Source: Elusimicrobiota bacterium (GTDB lineage Bacteria; Elusimicrobiota; Endomicrobiia; Endomicrobiales; JAPLKN01). Taken from it: 64,000 nt of DNA. The stretch's first letter is position 1, and each line of letters begins with the position of its first letter. The notes under the pieces are model-generated. The model worked only from the letters and a program-made list of their open reading frames with translations. It did no database searches and was not told where the DNA came from. The stretch lies in the NCBI GenBank assembly GCA_042562855.1, contig JBHPNE010000005.1, positions 154 to 64,153 on the forward strand, read 5' to 3'. Position numbers and translations under genes: made by a program. Shown here piece by piece: positions 19,216 through 26,863 of the stretch.

Positions 19216-19395
19216 ATGGCAGAGATTCTTGCAGTAGTAAGCAAAGTTAAGAAGATGGTAAAAGATGCAGGTTTAAGAACAGGAGCTGATTATATAGCTT
19301 CTCTTTCAATTAAAATTGAGGAAATTGTAAAAGCCTCTATCGAAAAAGCAAAAGCAGACGGAACAAAGAAGACGTTAGGTTCAGAAGATATCTAA
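19216..19395 (+). CDS. bacterial histone-fold protein (59 aa; absent from the ORF track)
   Basis: GGAGG RBS at 19202-19206; MAEILAVVSKVKKMVKDAGLRTGADYIASLSIKIEEIVKASIEKAKADGTKKTLGSEDI matches the bacterial histone pattern (xxSKVKxxxK...AKAxGRKTVxxxD) of Bdellovibrio Bd0055 as I recall it. Confidence 0.85.
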   Translation: MAEILAVVSKVKKMVKDAGLRTGADYIASLSIKIEEIVKASIEKAKADGTKKTLGSEDI

Positions 19396-19402
19396 ATATC
19401 TG

Positions 19403-19774
19403 GTGTCAAAAGAAAAAATTACTTTTGAAGAGTTTGAAACAATTATTGAGAATTCTGTTAACGCTCTTCCTAAAAAGTTCAAAGATATACTGGATAAAAA
19501 CCATATCAAGCTTATTCCCCGCGATGACTTGCCGGAGTCGATTAGAAGTAAATACCCCGGGAAAGTAGTATTCGGCATATTTATCGGTGTGCCTTATGGC
19601 CGATTTTTCCATGTGGCCACTGAGCCGACCCGGATAGAGCTTTATAAAAAAAGCTTTGAAAAGGTTTTTGACGATCCTGATGAGATAAGGGAACAAATAA
19701 TCAAGACCGTTATTCATGAAATAGGGCACTACTTCGGGTTTTCGGAAGAAGCGATACGAAAGTTAGGTTATTGA
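19403..19774 (+). CDS. minimal zincin-like metallopeptidase (Zincin_1/DUF1025 type)
   Basis: GIFIGVP, PTRIELY and TVIHEIGHYFG motifs. Confidence 0.85.
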   Translation: MSKEKITFEEFETIIENSVNALPKKFKDILDKNHIKLIPRDDLPESIRSKYPGKVVFGIFIGVPYGRFFHVATEPTRIELYKKSFEKVFDDPDEIREQIIKTVIHEIGHYFGFSEEAIRKLGY

Positions 19775-19864
19775 AAAGATTTTAAAAATTGCTTTAAAAA
19801 TAATTCTCAAATTTGTATAATCCGACCACAAATCTTTAGTAAAAATACAAAAGGGATTCACACC

Positions 19865-21382
19865 ATGAAGATCTATCTTGCCGGATATAATGTCGATACC
19901 GTTGTGCTCAGCGAGCTAAAAGAAAAGTATGGTGATCGTACAGATATTACTCCTGAAGTAATATCTGCTGCTTATGCAAGAATAAGCCGCGATCCAAGAT
20001 CGATTAATGAAATAAGAAAAGACGCCCGCCTGGAAGTTGAACGTACAAGAAAATCGAATGAAACTATAATATTTAAAATGGGACATCATTCGGTTGCTGA
20101 ACATGCGGTATTCAATCTTGATATTGTTGGCCTTTCAAGACTTGCGATGGAAGAGCTCGAAAAATTCCGACTTTCTTCATTTACAGAAAAATCTCAAAGA
20201 TACATTACTTTAGATAAAGATTTTGTTATTCCTGAAGAAATTAAAAATACTCCTTTAGAAAAAGAATTCGTCGATATAGTACATCTGCAAAACAATGCCT
20301 ACCATGAGTATTACGGAATCTTAAAAAGTTATGTATTCAAAAAATATTCCGAACTCGCTTCTGACCCTAAAAAGCATAATTTACTTGAAGGCTGGGCAAA
20401 AGAGGATGCCAGGTATATAACAGCGCTTGCAACCGAATCTCAGGTTGGACTTACCGTAAATGCCAGAAATCTTGAGCTTATGCTAAGGCGGTTTGCGTCA
20501 AGCTCTTTGTCGGAAATTCGGGAGCTTGGAAGCCAGATTTACAGCCAGATTTCTGAGGTCGCTCCTTCAGTGGTTCTTTTCCATCAGGCAAACGACAAAG
20601 ACGTTAAAACTTACCCGGAATTGAAAAAACTGCTGTCTGGAAAAACTAAACAAAAAAGCCAAACAAAATTTTCTGAAGTAAAACTTGTTGATTACACCAA
20701 AATGGGGGATGACGTTATTGCAGCATCTCTCATGCATACCTCGTCAAATATGCCTTTCGATGCATGTTTATCCAGCTTAAAAAAAATGTCTAATAAAGCA
20801 AAAGCAGATATATTTAAAACATCTTTCTCAAATATGCAATTTTATGATTCTGCATTAAGAGAATTTGAATATGCAAATCTCACCTATAATGTAGTATTAT
20901 CATCCGCATGTTTCGGGCAGCTGAAGAGACATAGAATGTCTACAATCACAAGCCAACCTTATGATATTTCGCTTGGTATTACTATCCCTGAGTCTATTAA
21001 AGAGATCGGCAAAGAAAAACACTTTAAAGAAATTATTCTTAAAACAGAAAAAATATATGCAAAAATGTTAAAAGATGTGCCTTTGATTGCGCCATATATC
21101 CTTACTAATGCGCACAGAAAACGGGTTCTTATACGCCTGAATGCCCGGGAGATGTGCCATATATCCCGTCTTAGAGAAGATGCGCATGCTCAATGGGATA
21201 TAAGAAATATTTCTTCAAAAATGAGTGTGCTGGCAAAAAAAGCAATGCCTCTAACATTTATGATGTTGTGCGGAAAAGATAAATACAACGAAACTTATCA
21301 AAAAGTCTTCAGTAAATCGCCCAAAATTATTGAGGCAGTTTTACCGGGGGCAAGAAAAATAAAGGAAGGTGTGAAGTCATGA
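19865..21382 (+). CDS. thyX: FAD-dependent thymidylate synthase, tandem double-domain form
   Basis: AYARISR, MGHHSVAEH, SFTEKSQRY, EDARY and NARNL in domain 1; LKRHRMS, NARE and HAQWDIR in domain 2. Confidence 0.85.
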   Translation: MKIYLAGYNVDTVVLSELKEKYGDRTDITPEVISAAYARISRDPRSINEIRKDARLEVERTRKSNETIIFKMGHHSVAEHAVFNLDIVGLSRLAMEELEKFRLSSFTEKSQRYITLDKDFVIPEEIKNTPLEKEFVDIVHLQNNAYHEYYGILKSYVFKKYSELASDPKKHNLLEGWAKEDARYITALATESQVGLTVNARNLELMLRRFASSSLSEIRELGSQIYSQISEVAPSVVLFHQANDKDVKTYPELKKLLSGKTKQKSQTKFSEVKLVDYTKMGDDVIAASLMHTSSNMPFDACLSSLKKMSNKAKADIFKTSFSNMQFYDSALREFEYANLTYNVVLSSACFGQLKRHRMSTITSQPYDISLGITIPESIKEIGKEKHFKEIILKTEKIYAKMLKDVPLIAPYILTNAHRKRVLIRLNAREMCHISRLREDAHAQWDIRNISSKMSVLAKKAMPLTFMMLCGKDKYNETYQKVFSKSPKIIEAVLPGARKIKEGVKS

Positions 21383-21945
21383 AGATTCTTAAATGGATTT
21401 TAACCGCTTTGGCAGTTGCTGCTACAGGTCTGATGGTATTTCTCTGGTATATGGACATGTTTTCAAAGCCCGTAATAAGCGAAAGAGTTATCGGGCCTTA
21501 TACAATTGCATATGAGGATTACATGGGGCCGTACAAAAATACAGGAAAAGTATTTGAAACGGTATACAACAATTTAATGGCAGATGGAATTGAAACAACA
21601 AAGGGATTAGGGATTTATTATGATGACCCGCAGAAAGTTCCGGCAGAAAAATTAAGAAGCCGCTGCGGTTCAGTTGTTGAGGAAAATGATATTCCCAAGC
21701 TTATGTTGATGGAGAAAAAATATAATATAGCTACTATAAATCAGGCGCAAAGCGTGGTTATTGAATTTCCTATAAAAAATAACCTTTCATATATGATGGG
21801 GCCTATGAAAAACTACCCCGTACTTACGAAATATGCAAAAGCAAGAGAATATCAACTAAATTCCCTGGCTTATGAGCTTTATGATATACCAAATAAAAAG
21901 ATTTATTTTATAATGGAAATAAAAAAAGAGAACCTAGAAGATTAG
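21379..21945 (+). CDS. membrane-anchored GyrI-like small-molecule-binding protein
   Basis: N-terminal TM helix; GPY...GIYYDDPQKVPAEKLRS GyrI-like motif. Confidence 0.75.
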   Translation: MKILKWILTALAVAATGLMVFLWYMDMFSKPVISERVIGPYTIAYEDYMGPYKNTGKVFETVYNNLMADGIETTKGLGIYYDDPQKVPAEKLRSRCGSVVEENDIPKLMLMEKKYNIATINQAQSVVIEFPIKNNLSYMMGPMKNYPVLTKYAKAREYQLNSLAYELYDIPNKKIYFIMEIKKENLED

Positions 21946-21951
21946 ATATTA

Positions 21952-22812
21952 ATGAAAACAACAGTCTTTGAAGTGTCTCAAAGAATCGCTGGTACAAATC
22001 GTGAAAATGTAAGACGTGTATTAAGCAGCTTTAAAAAAGCCGGAGTTAAAGAAAAAGACATAGCTTCCATTGAAATTGATGACGCAAAGATATTCGCATA
22101 TTATACGGAAAGTTTAAAAACCGCAAAATCTATAAAACAAAAGTTTCTTAAAAATAAGCTACCCGAAGCAACTCTTGCAATTAAAAAGCTAAATAAATCA
22201 GACTGGCTCACAAGGTGGGAAAAAGAATCCAGACCTTTTTATATTAAGAAACATTTCAGAATAGTTCCCCAAAATATTCGATCAAAATTTAAAGCTACAA
22301 AAAAAGACATATATATAGATGCAACCAGGGCTTTCGGCCTGGGCGAGCATCCGACTACTATGTTTATGGCAGAATTTGTTATTGAAAAGGCAAAAAAATG
22401 CAGAAGCCTTCTTGATGTTGGTACGGGCAGCGGGATTCTTTCGATAGTTGCAAATAAATGCGGGATAAAGGATGTCTGGGCGACAGATATTTCGCCGGAT
22501 GCTTTAGAAACAGCCGATAGCAATTTTATAAGAAATAAGACCCAGGCCGATTTATTCTATGGCGGAGATTTTAGGAAAGCCGAATTAAGAAGAAAATTCG
22601 ATTTTATATGTGCGAATCTTTTTTCTAATGTTTTAATCGGGATGAAAAAGAAATTTCTAAATCATTTATCAGATAATGGATATTTGGCAGTATCAGGAAT
22701 ATGGAAAGATGAGATTGAGAGGTTTAAAGAAAGGTTTAACTCAAAAAGACTAAAAATAGAAAAAGTTGCTGCCAAAAAGGGATGGTACGCAATACTTTAC
22801 AAGCTGAAATAG
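21952..22812 (+). CDS. prmA: ribosomal protein L11 methyltransferase
   Basis: DWLTRW, AFGLGEHPTT, LDVGTGSGILSI, ANL and SGI motifs. Confidence 0.85.
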   Translation: MKTTVFEVSQRIAGTNRENVRRVLSSFKKAGVKEKDIASIEIDDAKIFAYYTESLKTAKSIKQKFLKNKLPEATLAIKKLNKSDWLTRWEKESRPFYIKKHFRIVPQNIRSKFKATKKDIYIDATRAFGLGEHPTTMFMAEFVIEKAKKCRSLLDVGTGSGILSIVANKCGIKDVWATDISPDALETADSNFIRNKTQADLFYGGDFRKAELRRKFDFICANLFSNVLIGMKKKFLNHLSDNGYLAVSGIWKDEIERFKERFNSKRLKIEKVAAKKGWYAILYKLK

Positions 22813-22822
22813 GAGGAATTGT

Positions 22823-22990
22823 ATGGAACTTCATGAATTAATTAAGCCGTTGGGAATATTGACATACGTTTTTGCTGCAATTACTTTTTTAAGCGGACTA
22901 TTTAGAATGAAAATTAAAAAGCATATGACCTTAGCCATAATTACAATACTGTTTGCAAGTGCGCATGCTTTTCTTGTTATCACTCATTGA
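22823..22990 (+). CDS. small two-TM membrane protein (55 aa; absent from the ORF track)
   Basis: AGGAGG RBS at 22811-22816; MELHELIKPLGILTYVFAAITFLSGLFRMKIKKHMTLAIITILFASAHAFLVITH. Confidence 0.7.
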   Translation: MELHELIKPLGILTYVFAAITFLSGLFRMKIKKHMTLAIITILFASAHAFLVITH

Positions 22991-23078
22991 TAAGAGTATT
23001 TTTATTTTGATACAATGAATACGGACGGATTTTAATTTTTCCAAGAAATATCACATAAACAAGGAGGAGGTGACATTC

Positions 23079-23426
23079 ATGAAGAGAGCATTAACTGTAT
23101 TGTTTGCTATCTGTTTTATTTTTAGCGCAAACATTCTTTACGCTGGTAAGGGTCAATGTCCTGCTGGCTCAGGAGCTGGACAAGGGAAGGGTATTGGAAA
23201 AGCCAGTGCGCCTGGACAAAAAATGAAAAAGGCTAAAATGCAGCAAGGAAAAATGAACAAAAAGCAAGTGAAGCAGAAGCAAATGAACAAAAAAATGACA
23301 AAAAAACAAACTAAGCTTGAGAAAAAGCAAGCTAAAAAAGCAGGAAAGACTGCTAAAGTGAAAAAGAGCAATAAAAAGCAGAAAACGAAAAAAGCTGCAA
23401 AAATGAAGACTCAAGATCAAAAGTAG
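23079..23426 (+). CDS. secreted Lys-rich low-complexity protein
   Basis: GGAGGT RBS 7 nt before ATG 23079; signal peptide, then about 93 aa with 33 Lys. Confidence 0.75.
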   Translation: MKRALTVLFAICFIFSANILYAGKGQCPAGSGAGQGKGIGKASAPGQKMKKAKMQQGKMNKKQVKQKQMNKKMTKKQTKLEKKQAKKAGKTAKVKKSNKKQKTKKAAKMKTQDQK

Positions 23427-23435
23427 CCGAATGTG

Positions 23436-23483
23436 ATAAACCTCTTATGAAGCAATTTAGCTGAATAGGAGGTTTATTATTTT
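23436..23483 (+). terminator. probable intrinsic terminator
   Basis: ataaacctcttat / ataggaggtttat stem followed by an A/T-rich tract. Confidence 0.5.
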
Positions 23484-23517
23484 AAAGAATCAAATAGTTT
23501 TGTATAATATTAAAAGT

Positions 23518-23718
23518 GGGTCGTTAGTTTCCGCCAGAGGCGGGCCCGCCCTGGGTGGGCAGTTGGGTCTTTAAGATTTTTTACTAAGCAGTAATTACTG
23601 TGCCAATGGGGCCATAGTACAACGGGCGAGTTTTTGGACCAGCCCGAATAGGGTTGGACGTACACATCGTTCGCAACGATGGGATATTGATTAAAGATGG
23701 GCCGGTAGTTCAGTTGGG
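23518..23718 (+). repeat. array of three tRNA-Ala 5' fragments upstream of the intact gene
   Basis: Fragment A 23518-23567 (with 30-nt insert); B 23608-23681 (divergent 5' half through the anticodon arm, 30-nt insert); C 23699-23718 (identical to tRNA nt 1-20). Confidence 0.85.
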
Positions 23719-23798
23719 TAATGTCACTGGGCCAACTGGATTTATAAAAAAACTAAAGCTTTCAAATATAAATGAAAAGTTGATATAGAATATAATAT

Positions 23799-23871
23799 GG
23801 GCCGGTAGTTCAGTTGGGAGAACGCTTCGTTCGCAACGAAGAGGTCGCCGGTTCGACTCCGGTCCGGTCCA
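23799..23871 (+). tRNA. tRNA-Ala(CGC)
   Basis: Acceptor gggccgg/ccggtcc with G3:U70; D stem gttc/gaac; anticodon arm cttcg-ttCGCaa-cgaag; T loop ttcgact; CCA not encoded. Confidence 0.96.
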
Positions 23872-23968
23872 TTTGTTAAGAATTACCTCCCTGTATTTTG
23901 GAATTTACACTTTCCTCTTTTTTTTGTATCATACATAACCTAAATCTAATAATTATTAAGGAAATTCT

Positions 23969-25681
23969 ATGTCTTATCAGGTATTAGCTAGAAAATATAG
24001 GCCTCAGAATCTTGAAGAAGTTGTAGGGCAGGACCATATATCAAGGACCTTGAGAAACGCCCTGATAGAAAACAGGGTTGCTCATGCGTATCTTTTTTCA
24101 GGTCCCAGGGGTGTAGGAAAAACTACGATGGCCCGAATCCTTGCAAAGGCCTTAAATTGTAAGGATTTGAAAAATAATGAACCATGCGGAGAGTGTCCTA
24201 ATTGTGTAGAAATTGCAAACAGTACCAGCGTTGATGTCCAGGAAATTGACGGAGCTTCCAACCGCGGAATAGACGAGATAAGGGCACTAAGAGAAAATGT
24301 TAAGTTTGCTCCTGCGACTTCAAAATACAAGATTTACATTATAGATGAAGCGCACCAGATAACCGACCAAGCCTTTAATGCATTGTTAAAAACATTGGAA
24401 GAGCCTCCATCGCATGTTGTTTTTATTCTTGCAACCACAGAAGTTCACAAAATCCCGATTACCATACTTTCACGCTGCCAAAGATACAGGTTCAGACTTC
24501 TCTCACCCAAAGAAATAATGGGACATCTTGAGGACTTGGTCCGCAAGGAAAATTTCCAAATTGATACACAAGCCTTACAAATAATTACAACTGCATCCGG
24601 CGGATCGGTAAGAGATTCTTTAAGTTTACTGGACCAGGCGGTTTCTTTTGTTTCGGAAAAAGTTACAGCTGATGATATGCAGAACCTCCTCGGTTTTTTG
24701 CCTAAGGAAATAATATCTTCCGTAGCGGATTACCTGGGTCGTGAAGACTTATCGGGAGTACTTACAAGTATTAAAGAAGTTAATGATCAGGGGTATAACT
24801 TACTACAGTTCGGCAGAGATTTGAGGGAATATTTTCGAAATATTTTACTTCTCAGGGTAAGCCCGGATTTGCTTAACACGACCCCTGAAGAACAAAAACT
24901 TCTTGTTACGCACAGAGATCTTTTTAGCGATGCATGGCTTATAAGATCAGGTCACCTAATCTCGCGTGCTTTAAATGAAATGAAATGGCATGATAACCCA
25001 AGAATCATTTTAGAACTTTATCTTTTAAGAATGGCCCAGCCTTATGTAAACGGCAGGGAACTTATTGAAAAAATTGAACAATTAGAAAAAAACTCATCAT
25101 ATAAAGAAGAAAAAGAAACTGGAAATTATTCTGTAAAATCTGTTATTACTTCTGACAGCGAAACGCTTAAAAAAAAAGAGAGTAAAAAAATAGATTCTGC
25201 TGTCCCAGAAAAAAAGAAAGAGGAATCAAATGTAGATTTCTCTTCAAACAAGCAGGATGTCGGGCCGGCCTGGGAAAAAGTAGTTAATAAGCTTCAGGAA
25301 GCCAGGCCATTATTGGCAACGTATTTAATTAACTCAAGCTATAGGGGATTTTCAGATAATTCTATTTCAATTGCTGCTTCAACTAAATTTGAAGAAAACG
25401 GCATTAAACATAATATGGCCATTATTCAGGACTGCTTAAAAGAAGAGCTAGGGTTTCCGGTAAGCATAAGAGTAATAATAGATCCTGAAATGGGCAAAAA
25501 GGCTAATAACGATTCTCCCGTCAAGGAAGAAATTATCGTAGAAGAAGAAAACCAACCTGTTCAGAACAAAGAATATTTTGAAGTAAAAGAGGATATTACA
25601 GATGGTGACGGTTCGGTTCCCCGTAATCTTGAAAAAATAGTAAGTAAGTTTCCCGGGCAAATTACAAAAAAGAAAAAATAA
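23969..25681 (+). CDS. dnaX: DNA polymerase III subunit gamma/tau
   Basis: YQVLARKYRPQ, GPRGVGKT, Zn cluster, IIDEAH, LKTLEEPP and SRC motifs. Confidence 0.97.
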   Translation: MSYQVLARKYRPQNLEEVVGQDHISRTLRNALIENRVAHAYLFSGPRGVGKTTMARILAKALNCKDLKNNEPCGECPNCVEIANSTSVDVQEIDGASNRGIDEIRALRENVKFAPATSKYKIYIIDEAHQITDQAFNALLKTLEEPPSHVVFILATTEVHKIPITILSRCQRYRFRLLSPKEIMGHLEDLVRKENFQIDTQALQIITTASGGSVRDSLSLLDQAVSFVSEKVTADDMQNLLGFLPKEIISSVADYLGREDLSGVLTSIKEVNDQGYNLLQFGRDLREYFRNILLLRVSPDLLNTTPEEQKLLVTHRDLFSDAWLIRSGHLISRALNEMKWHDNPRIILELYLLRMAQPYVNGRELIEKIEQLEKNSSYKEEKETGNYSVKSVITSDSETLKKKESKKIDSAVPEKKKEESNVDFSSNKQDVGPAWEKVVNKLQEARPLLATYLINSSYRGFSDNSISIAASTKFEENGIKHNMAIIQDCLKEELGFPVSIRVIIDPEMGKKANNDSPVKEEIIVEEENQPVQNKEYFEVKEDITDGDGSVPRNLEKIVSKFPGQITKKKK

Positions 25682-25699
25682 GGCGCGTAAGAGTTTTTT

Positions 25700-26296
25700 A
25701 TGAAAAGACCAGACCCTATTGAAAAAATGATAGATTCTTTTAGGCGGCTTCCTGGCGTGGGGCCTAAAATGGCAGAACGTTTGAGCTATTACATATTGAA
25801 ATCGCCTGGATCGGAAGTAAAGAAGTTTCTCGAATCGATCCTAAAAGCGAGAGATACCATAAAGTTGTGCAGCGTATGTTTCAATATGAGCGAAAAGGAC
25901 CCCTGTCCGATTTGCGACAATAATGAAAGGGACGAGTCCGTTCTTTGTGTGGTAGAGACCCCGCAGGATTTGCTTGCTGTCAGCAAAGTTAAGGATTATA
26001 GTGGGCTGTATTTTGTTTTGGGCGGGGCTCTTTCTCCATTAGATGCGATAGGACCTGAGGATATTCGCGTAAAACAGTTGATAAATCGCTTAGAAAAAGG
26101 TAAAATCTCTGAACTTATAATTGCTACAGATACAGATACACAGGGAGAAACAACGGCCCTGTATCTTGCCGAAAGAATAAAACCCCTTGGTCTTAAAGTA
26201 ACAAGATTAGGTTACGGCCTGCCGGTAGGCGGAGATCTGGAGTATGCAGACGAGATAACCATATCTCGAGCTCTGGAGGGTCGGCGTGAGATGTAG
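25700..26296 (+). CDS. recR: recombination mediator RecR
   Basis: LPGVGPK HhH, C4 Zn finger, TOPRIM, and GLPVGGDLEYAD motifs. Confidence 0.96.
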   Translation: MKRPDPIEKMIDSFRRLPGVGPKMAERLSYYILKSPGSEVKKFLESILKARDTIKLCSVCFNMSEKDPCPICDNNERDESVLCVVETPQDLLAVSKVKDYSGLYFVLGGALSPLDAIGPEDIRVKQLINRLEKGKISELIIATDTDTQGETTALYLAERIKPLGLKVTRLGYGLPVGGDLEYADEITISRALEGRREM

Positions 26297-26861
26297 CAGT
26301 TTGTGTTTCCTGTTAGTAATAATCTCTTTGTGTTTGCCCGCAGTTTCATTGGGTAAAACAAACGGTCTTTTAAATAAAAGCAGTTCTAAAAAAGATGAAA
26401 AAACGTTGAAAAATATAGAAGTTCCTAAGTTTTCAACAAATACAAAAGCAAAAACTGCAGAAAGTGAAGCTGCCATCCATATAAAAAAGCTTGGTTCCAC
26501 CACTACTCCCACTGAACAATCATTTGCTAAAAACAAACTTATAAAGATGGGCGACAAAGCGTTACCCTATTTGGAAGAAAGCTTGTTAACCGACAAGAGA
26601 ACATATACTAGAATACAAATTGCTTTTGTAATAGCAAAAATCAAAAATGAGTCTTCAATAGATGCGTTGGAAAAAGCGACAAACACCCAATATTCGGCAT
26701 TAAATCAGTCGGCAGTTAGGGCAATTGGCGAAATCGGCGGTAAGAAAGCAATAAAAACGCTAAAATCGCTTCAAAATTCAACAACAAATCAGATGTTTTT
26801 GAATGTGATAAACGAGGCACTTGAAAAAGCTACAATAAAGAATAATGCAAAAGGAGAATAA
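26286..26861 (+). CDS. secreted HEAT/PBS-lyase repeat protein
   Basis: Signal peptide; LIKMGDKALPYL and AVRAIGEIGGKKAI repeats; GGAGG RBS before GTG. Confidence 0.7.
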   Translation: MRCSSLCFLLVIISLCLPAVSLGKTNGLLNKSSSKKDEKTLKNIEVPKFSTNTKAKTAESEAAIHIKKLGSTTTPTEQSFAKNKLIKMGDKALPYLEESLLTDKRTYTRIQIAFVIAKIKNESSIDALEKATNTQYSALNQSAVRAIGEIGGKKAIKTLKSLQNSTTNQMFLNVINEALEKATIKNNAKGE

Positions 26862-26863
26862 TA

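Noticed and set aside
23079-23426. Histone H1-like nucleoid protein call for the Lys-rich ORF
   Set aside because: A clear N-terminal signal peptide argues for export; kept as a secreted basic protein
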